DNA of 64,000 nucleotides from an uncultured Phycisphaerales bacterium (GTDB lineage Bacteria; Planctomycetota; Phycisphaerae; WQYP01): NCBI GenBank assembly GCA_963766775.1, contig CAVYBP010000003.1, positions 27,759 to 91,758 of the forward strand, read 5' to 3'. Shown piece by piece: positions 50,975 to 63,797 of this stretch (position 1 is its first letter; each line of letters starts with the position of its first letter). The notes under the pieces were generated by a model. It saw only the letters and a program-made list of their open reading frames with translations, ran no database searches and was not told where the DNA came from. The position numbers and the translations under genes were made by a program.

Positions 50975-52295
50975 TCAAGCCCCCGGCAACGTCGGCATCG
51001 CCCTGCTCGATTCAAAAATCACCTTAAACGTCGAACGCTCCCGCCGAACCCACGCATACCCGATCACCCCCATCAGCGCCAGCATCAGCAACACCCCAAA
51101 TCCCGCCAAAATAATCTGCACCACACGCTGAAAGTTGAGCAGCGGTTCCGTCAGCCACAAATACACCGCCGCCGCCAGAAGATTAAAGCACGACAACGGC
51201 AAAAGCACCTTCACGCATACATACAACACCTGATCGATCCGCAGCCGCGGCAACGTCCACCGCAGCCAAATCTGCACGAACACCAGCAGATACGACTTAC
51301 CCACAAAAATCCCCACGCCCAACACATTCGCCAAAATCGCCAGCTTCCAATGCGTGATCGTCTCGACCCCGCCCGTCGCGCTGCTGTGCGACATCTTCTC
51401 TAAATGATGCACGATCCCAAACGGGTCATACCACGCCCCCAGCCAAAGCGACGTCTGAATCCCCGACACGACAAACATAGCCGCATATTCCGCAAAGAAA
51501 AAGAAGCTGAACCGCATCCCCGAATATTCCGTGTGATACCCTGCCACCAGTTCCGATTCCGACTCCGGCAGATCAAACGGCGCAGCGTTTGCACGAAGCC
51601 AGCGCCGCCACGTAATACAGCCCAAACGCAATCATATTGAACGGATCATGAAACAGCAGCCACTGATGCAGCCCCGCCCCCTGCTGCAGCGAAATCGTGT
51701 ACAGATTCAACGTCCCCGCCACCATGATCGCCGTGATGATCGAAAGCCCCAGCGGAATCTCATACGACACCATCTGGCACGCCTCCCGCATCGCCCCATA
51801 GACCGACCATTTATTATTCGACGCCCACCCCGCAAGAATCACCCCCAACACCTCCACCCCAAGCGTCGCCAACAAAAAAAACACGCCCACATTAATCGTC
51901 GACGTCAGACCCGAAAGATCCCGCGACCACGCCAGAAACAAAAACGCCATCAACGCCGGCGCAAACGCAAGATACGGCGCCAGCCGAAACAGAACCCCAT
52001 CCGCTCCCGCCGGCAGCAGATCCTCCTTCATCAACAACTTAATCCCATCCGCCAGCGACTGCGCCCACCCATGCCACCTCCCCGTCCGCATCGGCCCATG
52101 CCGCGACTGAATCCGACCCGCCACCTTCCGCTCCAGCCAAATCGAAAACATCGCCACCATCGTCACAAACGGCAGCACCACCCCCGCCGCAACCACAAAC
52201 TTCACAACCAACTCATGCAGCCACCCCGGCCCCGGCACATGCGGAATTTGAAAAATCGCGAGCACATTAAATGATCCAAGAATCATGCCTGACAA
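50975..52295 (-). CDS. nuoH: NADH-quinone oxidoreductase subunit H (frameshift near 51597)
   Basis: MFSIWLERKVAGRIQSRHGPMRTG...WASNNKWSVYGAMREACQMVSYEIPLGL.., then ANAAPFDLPESESELVAGYHTEYSGMRFSFFFFAEY in the next frame. Confidence 0.85.
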
Positions 52296-52447
52296 GCATA
52301 ATGGAGATCGCCGCCGGATTGAAGAGCGGCTGTTCAGTTATTATTATTTTTTTATCGCACCGCTTCTCGGTGAGCCCGAAGACCGGATGCCAGCCCCGTG
52401 TGGCCGGCACAACCTTTGGCATTACGCGGCACCATATGAGAAAGTCA

Positions 52448-53122
52448 CTAAGACGCGCTTTCTTTGTTTTTTTGCATTTCTGGTTTAGCAATGAAATATG
52501 CGATAGCTGGAAATAAAAAACAAAACGATGTCGTCAACCAATACCATATCTGATATCCCGCGACGGGAATGCCTACTACGCACAGCGGGCGGAATGTGCT
52601 ATCCCATGGGGTAATTGCATAAAAAAGTACCCCGCTAGTTATTATTGCGAACAAAAGAACCGCCCACTGATGCTCTGTGCGAAGTGTTATCATTACCGGG
52701 ACAACGCTTAGGAGAAGAGGCGTAAAAAGACTTTGTAGCGTGCCACCCGTTTTTTTAATAAAAAAAGTCCCAAACGCTATATCTAAAACTGCATAAAAGA
52801 AGAGAAAATGGGAAAACCGGAGAACGCACCAACGTGGAGGATTGCAACTTGTAAATGGCTTAAAAATTTCATAACAATATCTGTGATGAAAAGGAAGAGG
52901 TGCTAAATTTAATGCTAAAAGCAGAATAAGACCTTTGCCAATCCACAATCGATCAGGCTGACTTATCGTGGTATAAAGTTCAAGATCTATGGCAACCCAC
53001 ATCGCTAAGCAGGTGCCCAGAAGCTGAACGATAATCAATGCCAAACATCGTCGTGGCTTTTCCAAACCCTCGTCGCTATTCACGGAGTACCTCATCTTAT
53101 CTTGAGAGTCCATACGCCTCAC
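52448..53122 (-). CDS. Hypothetical polytopic membrane protein (AT-rich)
   Basis: Intact 224-aa ORF with 5-6 hydrophobic helices. GC is visibly lower than in the flanks. Confidence 0.45.
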   Translation of the reverse strand: MRRMDSQDKMRYSVNSDEGLEKPRRCLALIIVQLLGTCLAMWVAIDLELYTTISQPDRLWIGKGLILLLALNLAPLPFHHRYCYEIFKPFTSCNPPRWCVLRFSHFLFFYAVLDIAFGTFFIKKTGGTLQSLFTPLLLSVVPVMITLRTEHQWAVLLFAIITSGVLFYAITPWDSTFRPLCVVGIPVAGYQIWYWLTTSFCFLFPAIAYFIAKPEMQKNKESAS

Positions 53123-53414
53123 GAAAATCCAATTTGATCACCAATGCCATGCCTCTTGCATAGTAATCCTACCTTTCAAACAGAACACTCTTTTTTAAGG
53201 ATCGCTTCATATTTATTCATAATAAAGAATTTTATGCAGAATGCAATAGGATAGGGTGCCCAGAATAATGTGAGGGGGCTACGCGTGTCTTGGTTGGTTG
53301 TGATTTATGAGTACTTGCCTTAAACTGCTGTCTACATTTTTCCGTTCGTGCTATTAGGAACTGGAAAATCAAGAAATTAAATTAATTGGCTGAATGTGAA
53401 TTGGTGGTGTAACA

Positions 53415-54227
53415 ATGATTACAAAAGTGGGCACTGAATTGTTTTGCCGTGCGGATGAGTACGCCGAGAGAATGAATTCGTCAGTTTTCGTCACGAAGTT
53501 CCGTACTCAAACTGTTACACATAGTTGTTATATTAAATATATAAGCGATATGTATCTTGTGGCAGTGACTTTCAATCGTGCATTGGTGAAGGGAATGGGA
53601 AAGATCGATAACGTCCATGATCGCGCAGTTTTAGATCACCTAATTGATCAATTGGAGGAAGAGCAGGTACACAACGGTATGTACCGTGCTATGCTAAATG
53701 CGCACCATATAAACCACGAAGCGATCTACGATTTGTACAAAAAATACGTTGGATCATTTTCTGCCGTAGAATTAGCCCGGATGACTGATGAAACATTAGC
53801 GGCAGTAAAGGCAGGACAGAAATTATCAGCTTTTCCAAACGCAGTTCTGCCACAATCAGTGCTAGCGCTTTGTGAGTTTTTACTGAGAGGTGCGACTGAT
53901 GTTAATGTCACTTTTTGGGAGCATTTTGCGGCCCAAACCGCAGTTGAAGCAATAATTTATCGTGTCGTCTCATACTCAATCTACCCTGGAGTGCGTGATC
54001 GATCTGACCTTAATGTTGGAGATGAGAGTATCGCATGGTGGCGTGAGCACGCGAAGCAAGAAGGTGCTGCCGTCAAAGAAAGTAGTGATGAAGAAAAGCA
54101 TCTTAAAATGGCTCAACTAATGCTGGACCGAAAGGTTGACGAAGCTTTGGCTTCACAAGTTTTGACGCGGTGTACGCACATGATGGAGTTATTCATCGCG
54201 ACAGCGTCTGACCCAAATCGGGGTTGA
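53415..54227 (+). CDS. Hypothetical all-helical protein, possibly heme-oxygenase-like/iron-containing redox enzyme fold (tentative)
   Basis: Intact 270-aa ORF in an AT-rich region. E/H-containing segments (EEEQVHNGMY, FWEHFAAQTAVEAI, WWREHAKQE, DEEKH) are reminiscent of HO-like di-iron ligand spacing. Based on weak motifs only. Confidence 0.3.
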   Translation: MITKVGTELFCRADEYAERMNSSVFVTKFRTQTVTHSCYIKYISDMYLVAVTFNRALVKGMGKIDNVHDRAVLDHLIDQLEEEQVHNGMYRAMLNAHHINHEAIYDLYKKYVGSFSAVELARMTDETLAAVKAGQKLSAFPNAVLPQSVLALCEFLLRGATDVNVTFWEHFAAQTAVEAIIYRVVSYSIYPGVRDRSDLNVGDESIAWWREHAKQEGAAVKESSDEEKHLKMAQLMLDRKVDEALASQVLTRCTHMMELFIATASDPNRG

Positions 54228-54564
54228 ATTTAGTTTTAACAAATGTCATAGAATAAGGTCGGAGAAATGCGGCCCACATTCGTGAAACGAATGGGGTTGA
54301 CCATCGTTTTTTAAGAATCGAGTTACCACTTCAGGCGGTAGGGGCATAAACTCCAATCCAGCGACAATCTGGGCAATGTTAAATGAACCACCAACATCAC
54401 ACCTGCCGAAGCATCCCGACCGTCACCATCGTTGCACACCTTCCTCAGACCCGCCCCGAGATTTGGCCTGTTCCTCTTTCAAAAACCCCATGGCACCCAT
54501 GAAATAATTCAGCATAATCAGCGTTTGCAAGAGACTGGATTCCGCTCAACCTTTGGGAGACGCA

Positions 54565-57179
54565 ATGGCGGTGCATCGTTCGATTCTAACAGTGATGATG
54601 GCAGTAATGACCTCAATCGCGAGTCACGCGATGGCTGCCGACACATACATGGCCCCGCCCTCTCCGCGCAAAAATTAAATTTCAACATCGGCTGGAAGTT
54701 CATCAAGGCCGACGCACCCGGTGCCGACGCCAACGCCTTCAACGACGCCGCCTGGCAGGACATTTCCACCCCCCATACCTACAACGACATCGACACCTTC
54801 AATAAGATCATCTCCCACGGAGGCGGGCAGGCCGGTGCCTACATGGGTCTCGCCTGGTATCGCAAACATTTCAAACTCCCGGCGGACTTCAGCGGACGAC
54901 GCATTGTTCTGGAATTCGAAGGCATGCGCCAGGCCGCTACATTTTTCGTCAATGAAAAAAAGGTCGGCCTGTTTGAAAACGGCGTCACCGCATTCGGCGT
55001 CGATATCACCGATGCCGTCCACTTCGGCGACCAGGAAAATGTCCTCGCCATCCGACTCACCAATTCCGATAAATATCAGGAAGAAGCCACCAAAACCGCT
55101 TACCAGTGGGAATCCAAGGACTTCAACCCCAACTACGGCGGTATTCATGACCGCGTCTGGCTCCACGTCATGGGGGGCCTCCATCAAACCCTCCCGCTCT
55201 ACGAAGGACTCAAGACCACCGGAACCTACATCTACCCCACCGACATCTCCGTCGGCGGCACAGACGGAAACGCCCTCACCCTCAACGTCGAATCACAAGT
55301 TGCAAATGACTCCGGCGAACAAGCCGCCGCCACCTTGTCCGCCGTCGTCGTAGACGCAGCCGGTAAAACGGTCGCCAAATTTGACGGTGAAACCATCGAC
55401 ATGGTCGCCGGCGAAAAGGATCCATTCCACGCCACCGGAAAGCTGACCAACGTCACCTTATGGTCCCCCGAACATCCCGCTCTTTACGATGTTTACACCA
55501 CTCTGACCGTCGCCGGAAAAGTTGTCGATGTTCAGAAAACCACCACCGGGTTCCGCAAGGTCGAATTCAAGGGCGGCGTCGGCACCGGCGGCGTCTACAT
55601 CAACGACAAGTTCACCTGGCTCACCGGATTCGCCCAGCGATCCACCAACGAATGGGCCGGCCTTGGGCAGGCTTATCCCGCCTGGATGCACGACTTCAAC
55701 GCACAGCTCCTCCATGATTGTCACGGAAACTATATGCGCTGGATGCATATCTCGCCCCAACGCGTCGACGTCGAAGCCTTCGATCGCGCCGGAATCGTCG
55801 AAGTCTGTCCCGCAGGCGACAAGGAAAAAGACGCGCAGGGAATCCAATGGGATCAGCGTATGGCCGTCATGCGCGACTCGATCATCTACTTCCGCAATAA
55901 TCCCTCCATCCTCTTCTGGGAAGCCGGAAACAACGGCATCTCCGCCGACCACATGAAACAAATGGTCGATCTGAAAAACGAACTCGACCCCCACGGCGGC
56001 CGCGCAATGGGCTGCCGCACCCTCAACGAGCCCGCCACCACACCCATCGCCGAATACTTCGGCGTCATGATCGGCCAGGACAAACACACCGACGCTCTCC
56101 AATCACCCACCGAAATGTTCCGCGCTTACAGCGCCGAGCGCCGTGACCGCGCCCCCCTGATCGAAACTGAAGATTTCCGCGATGAAGCCGCCCGCCGTTT
56201 CTGGGACGATTTCTCCCCCCCGCATTTCGGGTTTAAGAAAGGCGATAAGGACACCTACGCCTGGAACTCCGAAACCTTCTGCCTCGCCGCCGCTCTCCGC
56301 TATCAGGCCTATTGGTCAAACCGAATCTCCAACACCGATCCCGCTCACGCGAAATGGTCCGGCTACGCCTCCATCTACTTCGCCGACTCCAATGCCGACG
56401 GCCGCCAGGACTCCTCCGAAGTCGCCCGCGTCTCCGGAAAAGTCGATGCCGTCCGCTTACCGAAAGAGCTCTATTTCACCTCCCAGGTGATGCAAAACTC
56501 TGAACCGCAGGTTCACATCATCGGACACTGGACCTACCCCGCCGGAACGAAAAAAACCATCTACGTCGCAAGCAACACCGCCTCCGTCGAATTACTCCTG
56601 AACGGAAAATCGCTCGGCAAGTCCGACCACCCCGTGCAACTTTCATTCGATACCCAAAGCAAGCTCACACTCAATAAAGGCGAATCCACCGGTTTCGTAT
56701 TCGCCTTCCCCGACGTGCTCTTCACCCCCGGCACACTCAAAGCGATCGGATACGACAAAGCCGGAAAAGCCATCGCCGATTACCAATTGGAAACCGCCGG
56801 CCCACCCGCCGCAGTAAAACTCACCCCCCACACCTCACCCAAAGGCCTCCTCGCCGACGGCGAAGACGTCGCCTTCTTCGACGTCGAAGTCGTCGACGCC
56901 CAGGGCCGCCGTTGCCCCACTGACGAAGCCCGCATCGATTTCAAAACCACCGGCCCCGCCATCTGGCGCGGCGGCTACAACTCCGGAATCATCGACTCCA
57001 CCAACAACACCTACCTAAACACCGAAGACGGCATCAACCGCGTCTCCATCCGTGCCACCCAACACCCCGGCGCAATCACCCTCACCGCCAAACGCGACGG
57101 CCTTAAACCCGCAACTATCACCTTAAACTCTCTCCCCGTCGACACGAAAGACGGCATCTCCCCCACCATCCCCCAATAA
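54565..57179 (+). CDS. Glycoside hydrolase family 2 (beta-galactosidase/beta-glucuronidase-like), secreted (frameshift at A5 run 54670-54674)
   Basis: The signal peptide MAVHRSILTVMMAVMTSIASHAMA is in frame +1 relative to the main ORF. Motifs are LNFNIGWKF, LEFEGMRQAATFFVN, VTLWSPEHPALYDV, NYMRWMHISP, PSILFWEAGNN. Confidence 0.8.
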
Positions 57180-57229
57180 CCAAAACCGCGCCTACAATAC
57201 CCCACGCGAATCTTCATAATGGAGCCCTC

Positions 57230-58194
57230 GTGAACCTCAACCTCGCCATCGACGCAAACATCGACCCCGCCGTCTTCCTCGGCCACGGCGACCGAAACCT
57301 CAAACTCCTTCGCGACCTCCTCGACGTCCATCTCTCCGCGCACAACGACAACCTGCGAATCTCCGGCGAACCCGCCGCCGTCTCCCGCGCCGCCGCCGTC
57401 GTCGCCGAATTACAACGCTACCTCCGCCACCATCCCTCCGTCGATCGCGATCAACTCGTCGCAATCGTCCGCCGCACCGAAGCCGAAATCCTCGGCGATC
57501 CCGCCGGTGCCGCGCAGGCCCCGACGAAACCGGCGCCATCGACGTCACCGCCCGCGGCCAACTCGTCCACGCCAAAACCGAAGGCCAAAAACGCTACCTC
57601 CACTCCATCACCCAAAACGACCTCGTCTTCTGCGAAGGCCCCGCCGGCACAGGAAAAACTTTCCTCGCCGTCGCAATGGCTGTCAGCCTCCTCCGCCGTT
57701 CCATCATCCGCCGCATCGTCCTCGTCCGCCCTGCCGTTGAGGCCGGCGAAAAACTCGGATTTCTCCCCGGCGGCATCGAAGAAAAAGTAAACCCCTACCT
57801 CCGCCCGCTCCTCGACGCGCTCTCCGACATGATGACCTTCGAGCAAATCCGCCGCTACATGGCCAACGATATCATCGAAGTCGCCCCCCTCGCCTACATG
57901 CGGGGCCGCACCCTCAACGAAGCCATCGTCATCCTCGACGAAGCCCAAAACACCACCCCCTCCCAAATGCTCATGTTCCTCACCCGACTTGGCGAACGCA
58001 GCAAAATGATCGTCACCGGAGACCCCTCCCAGATCGATCTCGAAAAAGGCCAGGACTCCGGCCTCATCGACGCACACCGCACCCTCCACGGCGTCAAAGG
58101 TATCTCCTTCATCAAACTCGACAAAGCCGACATCGTCCGCCACCGCCTCGTACAAAACATCGTCCAGGCCTACTCCGATCAACAAGTGAAATGA
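57230..58194 (+). CDS. phoH: PhoH-like ATPase (frameshift near 57500-57535)
   Basis: After the frame change the sequence reads GAIDVTARGQLVHAKTEGQKRYLHSITQNDLVFCEGPAGTGKTFLAVAMAV...VILDEAQNTT...MIVTGDPSQIDL. Confidence 0.85.
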
Positions 58195-58336
58195 AAGAAT
58201 ACTTTTTACCCCAAAGCCACCAAGAATCTTTTCTTTAATGAGATGTTGAGCCTCATGAAGCACCCTTTATAAATTGTATTTTAATAAGTGATTAAAGAAG
58301 GCACCTGCGAACAAAAATCAACCTCTTGGTGCCTTA

Positions 58337-59762
58337 GTGGTAAAAAAAGGCCGTCCATTTTGCACAACAAATCAACATCACCTCCCGGCCCGCGCCCCCG
58401 CCTCCCCTGGACCACCTTCACCCAACTCCGCCGCGATCCCCTCCTCTTCCTCACCCACCTCACCCAAACCTACGGTGACATCTCCACCTTCTCCTCCCTC
58501 GGCCGCCGCTACGTCGTTCTCAACCACCCCGACCTCGCCAAAGAAGTCCTCCTCACCCAAGCCGACGCATTCTGGAAAGGCCCTGCACTACAAAACTCCA
58601 AAGGTATCCTCGGCGAAGGCCTCCTCACCGCTGAAGGCGAAGCCCACAAATGCCAGCGCCGCATCATGCAGCCCGCGTTCCATGCCAAACGCGTCGAAGC
58701 CTACGTACCCGACATCCTCTCATGCACCCGCACCCTCCGCACCGAATGGGAAGCCCGCGGCGACCACCTCCTCGACATCCGCCCCGCCATGATGCGGCTC
58801 ACCCTCCTCATCGCCGGCCGCACACTCTTCGGCACACTCCTCGACGAAGAAACCGCCCTCGTCGAACGCAGCATGGAAGTCCTTATGGGAAACTACCGCC
58901 GAACCGTCGTCCCCTGGGGCAAACTCCTCAACGCACTGCCCCTCCCATCCACCCTTCGTTTGCAACGCGCCCGCCGCAACTTAACCCAACTCGTCTCGCA
59001 AATGATCGACGCCCGCAGCCGCCGGCAGCGCGGGCCCCGCGCATCAACATCCGAATCGCTCCCCCCTCCAACGACCTCCTCTCCGCCCTCCTCGCCGCCA
59101 ACGATCCCGACTCAAACTCACCCTCCAACCACCAACCCACCCGCCTCACCGACCAACAAGTCCGCGACCAGGCCATCACCATCCTCACCGCCGGCCATGA
59201 AACCACCGCCAACGCAATGACCTTCACCCTCTACCTCCTCGCAAAGTATCCCGCACAACAAGACACGCTCCGCGAACATATCCGCCAGGTCCTCGGCGAT
59301 CGCGAGCCAAACGCCGCCGACCTGGAACAATTGGAACCTGTCCGACGAGTCCTCGCAGAATCCATGCGCCTCCTCCCGCCCGCATGGACCCTCGGCCGCG
59401 AAAATCAACGCCCCGTCGAAATCGCCGGCTACCGCATGCCTCCCAAAACCACCTTCCTCATCCCCCAATGGACCATGCACCGCGACGAACGATTCTTCCC
59501 CAATCCCCTCGAATTCCAACCCGACCGATGGCAACATCCCACCCACCCGCGATTCGCCTACCTCCCATTCTCCACAGGCCCACGCAACTGCATCGGCGAA
59601 TCCTTCGCCTGGATCGAAATGCTGCTCGCACTATCCCTGTTGCTCACAAAATTCCAATTCACCCTCCATCACGCAAGCACCGAACTAAGCCTCGTCCCCG
59701 CAATCACCCTTCGCCCTCGCGAATCCGTGCACGTCCGAGTCCATACAATTTCAACGCGATGA
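58337..59762 (+). CDS. Cytochrome P450 (frameshift near 59035-59045; start uncertain)
   Basis: PPGPRPRLPWTTF..RRDPLLF..YGDIS; AGHETTANAM; ESMRLLPPAW; heme loop FSTGPRNCIGESFA. Confidence 0.85.
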
Positions 59763-60673
59763 TTGCGTAGCCGCCTGCGTCCCGGCGGGCAGCTTTAATG
59801 TCGCCGTCGCATCATCCATAAATTTCAAAACCTCCGGAATCCAATCCGTCGTATACATCGGATAATGCATCTGGTCACTTGTCACCGTCATCATCTTCAC
59901 ATACTTAAAACCGTCGGCCTTAAAAGCATTCACGAACCGCACAAGGTCATCTCCCTGATCGTGAACGCCAACCACCAACGGCCGCATTTTGTCCATCGCA
60001 AAGACTGCCGTATCCGGACGCGGCATGTGAACTGAATACATCCCCCCATTCGCCGCCTTCACTGGCCGGTACGAATCCACCGCCGTCGTGAAAGTCCCCG
60101 CGAACACCTCCGGAAAAAACAGCCCCACGCGCTCCGAGACAAGCAGTTGCCTCCCAGACTCGTCGGGTGGATCGCCACCCCCAAACACATACACGCGCCG
60201 CCGATCCACCTCGTACATCTGCTCCATTTCTCCGCCGCATCCGGCGCCATCCCCGCACGCTGCCACCACGCCGCTGGAAACCCCTTCGCCACCACCAACC
60301 CGACGTTCGCCTCTGCCAACTGCGGAAGCACCCCCTCCGGCAGCGTATCGCTATGCTTATAATTCACCAGCACAATCAAACCCATCGGCTTTCGCGCGTC
60401 ATACGTCGGCGGAACATAAACCAAAAACGTCTCTTTACCCAGATCATAATCCCCCACCACCCCCGCCCCACCCACCAACTTCAACCGCCGCGTCAAACTC
60501 TTCACCTCACTGAAGCGACTCCGCACCGTAAACGTCGTCTCAAACTTCCCTGTCCGCGGACCCTCCGCCCTGCCGATCCCACCCATGGCCCCAATCACCA
60601 AAACGCTTACCCAAACAAATCGCCGAAAAAATCCCCGCCAAAAAATTTGCCGCATGTTCCATCCTCGCAACAA
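59751..60673 (-). CDS. Putative secreted alpha/beta-hydrolase (esterase/depolymerase-like), frameshifted near 60260
   Basis: Signal-like WVSVLVIGAMGGIGRA, then TFLVYVPPTYDARKPMGLIVLVN and RRVYVFGGG. The assignment is weak. Confidence 0.35.
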
Positions 60674-60820
60674 GAACGATCCAATCTCAACACCCCTATG
60701 CTACCGACGATACTCCCAATAGCCTTGCGTGGAAACGCAAGGCCCTCGGACACACATAACCATTCATCCCCCCTAAAAACGCGTCCCGCATATCCCCCCA
60801 TCCCCGCCTCCAAACCAATC

Positions 60821-63766
60821 AACTCACTCCAAGATCCGCAATATTCTTCTCAACCGCCAACAACTCCTCCTCATACTTCCCAAGCTGATCACGCCACCCT
60901 TGCACGACATTCGCCGGAACCTTCGCAACCGCCGCCTCATTCGCCAGCTTCGCCCGCGTCGGAGGATAAGCTTCTCCAACTCCGCCTTCCGCTTCATCAA
61001 CTTCGGCACTTCCACCGCTTTATCAATCACGCCTCCAATATAAATCTGCACCTCCGGCAACACCGCCGCCGCCGCATTCTCCGGCTTCTGCCCCGTCGGA
61101 GAATTCTCCGCGATCCTCACACCCGCCAGCGGCTCAATAATCAGCCGCGATGCCTCGATCGTCGCCTGCATCCCCGCATCCCGCGGCACCAACACCACGT
61201 CCTTCCCCTTCGCCGCCGGATACCGGTTCTGTATCTCCCGAATCGCACTCGTAATCAACTGAATCGCTCCAATCTGCGACTCCGCCGCACTATCGACCTC
61301 CCCCGCATCCGCCGTCGGCCACGCAGCCGTAATCAACATGCTCTCCCGCCCCGGCAGCTTGCTCCAAATCTCTTCACTGATGAACGGCATAATCGGATGC
61401 AGCAACTTCAACGACGTCTCCAGACACCGCAGCAAAATCGACTGCACCACCAAATCCCCCGCACGAATCCGCGCCTTCGCAATCTCCAAATACCAATCGC
61501 ACAAGTCCGTCCAGAAAAATCCGTAAAGCGCCGTCGCCGCCTCCGAAAAATGAAACCCATTGATCGCAGCTTCCACCGTAACAATCGTGGAATTCAACCG
61601 CGACAAAATCCACCGATCCTCCAACGCCCCTGTCCCCCCGGCACCCCCCTCCGCCCTCTGCCTCCTGCCTACCGTCTTCTCATCAATATTCGTGAGAACA
61701 TACCGACTCGCATTCCAAATCTTATTCGCAAAATTCCGCCCAATATCAAACTTCGGACTCGTATTCGCCCCCGTCTTCGGATCCTTCACCACCGGCATCC
61801 GAATATCCTGCGTCTCCGTCGCCATCTGCGCCAACGTAAACCGCAACGCATCCGCCCCATGCGAATTAATAATATCCACCGGATCAACCCCATTCCCCTT
61901 CGACTTCGACATCGTCCGCCCCTCCCCATCCTGAATCACCGCATGAATATAAACATCCCGAAACGGAACCTCCCCATGACAATAAAGCCCAAACATCACC
62001 ATCCGCGCCACCCACAGCGTCAAAATATCGCGCGCCGTAGACAGCACCGAAGTCGGATAAAAATAGGGAAGCAGTTGATCTTCGGGCTTATCCGAAGTGC
62101 CGTTCGCGGGCCAGCCCATAGTGGAGATTGGCCAGAGTGCAGAGGAGAACCAAGTGTCAAGAACGTCGGGGTCTTGGGTGAAGCGTTGCGCCTCTAGATC
62201 GCCTAACAACGATTCGTCAGCATCAATGTCTCCGTGAGGTGGGCATACCTCTTCTGCAAATGTTTCCGCATCCACGAATCGAAAGCGATGAATGCAGCCT
62301 CGACTGCTCCATGGAGAATTGATCATAAGACGTGCGTCGGTATCGCCGACCTTTCCAATGCTATGTAATTTCGCAAATTCTGCTTTTTCGTCCGGCGTGG
62401 CTTGAGCAAGCTTTTGGTACCGCGTCCACATGGGGATGCGGTGTCCCCACCAGAGCTGACGGGAGATGCACCAGTCGCGTTTCTGACCGAGCCAGTCGAG
62501 GTAGCCTTTGGCGTAGCGGTCGGGGGTGATTTTGACGCGGCCGTCGGTGACAGCGTCCATGGCGGCCTGGGCGAGGCCGGAGGCTTTGGTGCCGTCGGCG
62601 AGGGTGATTTCGTTTTCGTTGTCGCCCATGCGGACGAACCATTGGTCGGAGAGGTAGGGTTCGATGGGGGTTTTGGAGCGGTCGGAGTGGCCGACTTCGT
62701 GCTCGTGGACTTTTTTGTCGGCGATGAGGCCGAGCTCTTCAAGGTCGGCGAGAATTTGTTTGCGCGCGGCGGTGGCGAACTTGAGGCCGACGTAGGAATA
62801 TTCCTTGCCTAAAAAGACTCCTGACCCCTTTTCATTCATCTTGCCGTCGGGGGTGAGGAGGTTGATCTGTTCCAGGTTGTGCCGCTGCCCCGTCGCATAA
62901 TCATTCGGATCATGTGCCGGCGTCACCTTCACTACGCCGGTCCCAAAGGTGGGATCGACAAGCAGGCCATCCGCGATGATCGGAATCTTCCGGCCGACGA
63001 GCGGAATAATGACCAATTTGCCAATCAAATGTTTGTAACGCGGATCGTCCGGATGCACCGCCACCGCCGTATCCCCCAACATCGTCTCCGGACGCGTCGT
63101 GGCGACCGTCAAATACTCATCCGCCGATCCATCGACCGGGTACCTAATCGACGTCATCTGCCCCTTCACCGTCTCATGATAAATCTCATCATCCGCCACC
63201 GCCGTCTGCAGCTGCGTATCCCAATTCACCAACCGCTTCCCCCGAAAAATCAACCCATCCTTAAACATCTTGAAAAACGCTTCCCGCACCGCCTTCGCGC
63301 ACACCTCATCCAGCGTGAACCGCGTCCGATCCCAATCGCACGACGCCCCCAATTGCGCCTGCTGATTCAAAATCCGCGTCCCGAACTGTTCCTTCCACTC
63401 CCAAATCCGCCGCACCAGTTCCTCACGCCCCAAATCATGCCGCGACTTCTTCTCCTTCTCAAAAATCGTCTTCTCCACCACCGCCTGCGTCGCGATCCCC
63501 GCATGATCGATCCCCGGCATCCACAGCGTATTGTCCCCCTTCATCCGATGATACCGCGTCAAAATATCCTGAATCGTCCCATTAATCGCATGACCCAAAT
63601 GCAACGCCCCCGTCACATTCGGCGGCGGAATCACCATCGAAAACCGCCCCTCCCGCCCATCCAACGGGGGAGGAACCGCATGAAAAGCCTTCGCCTCCAG
63701 CCACCTCTGATATACCGCCCCCTCAACCGACTTCGGATCATACTGCGTGGGAAGATCAATGTTCAC
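60821..63766 (-). CDS. valS: Valine--tRNA ligase (frameshift near 60975 in the C-terminal coiled coil)
   Basis: PPPNVTGALHLGHA (HIGH), MSKSKGNG (KMSKS), and typical editing and anticodon domains. The true tail KLANEAAVAKVPANVVQGWRDQLGKYEEELLAVEKNIADLGVS lies in another frame and ends at about 60821. Confidence 0.95.
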
Positions 63767-63797
63767 GAGAATAATTCCTTCAGAAAATCAAAGAGGC

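Noticed and set aside
50900-52274. + strand ORFs 50900..51403 and 51648..52274
   Set aside because: They are antisense to nuoH, with extreme P/R/H/Q composition.
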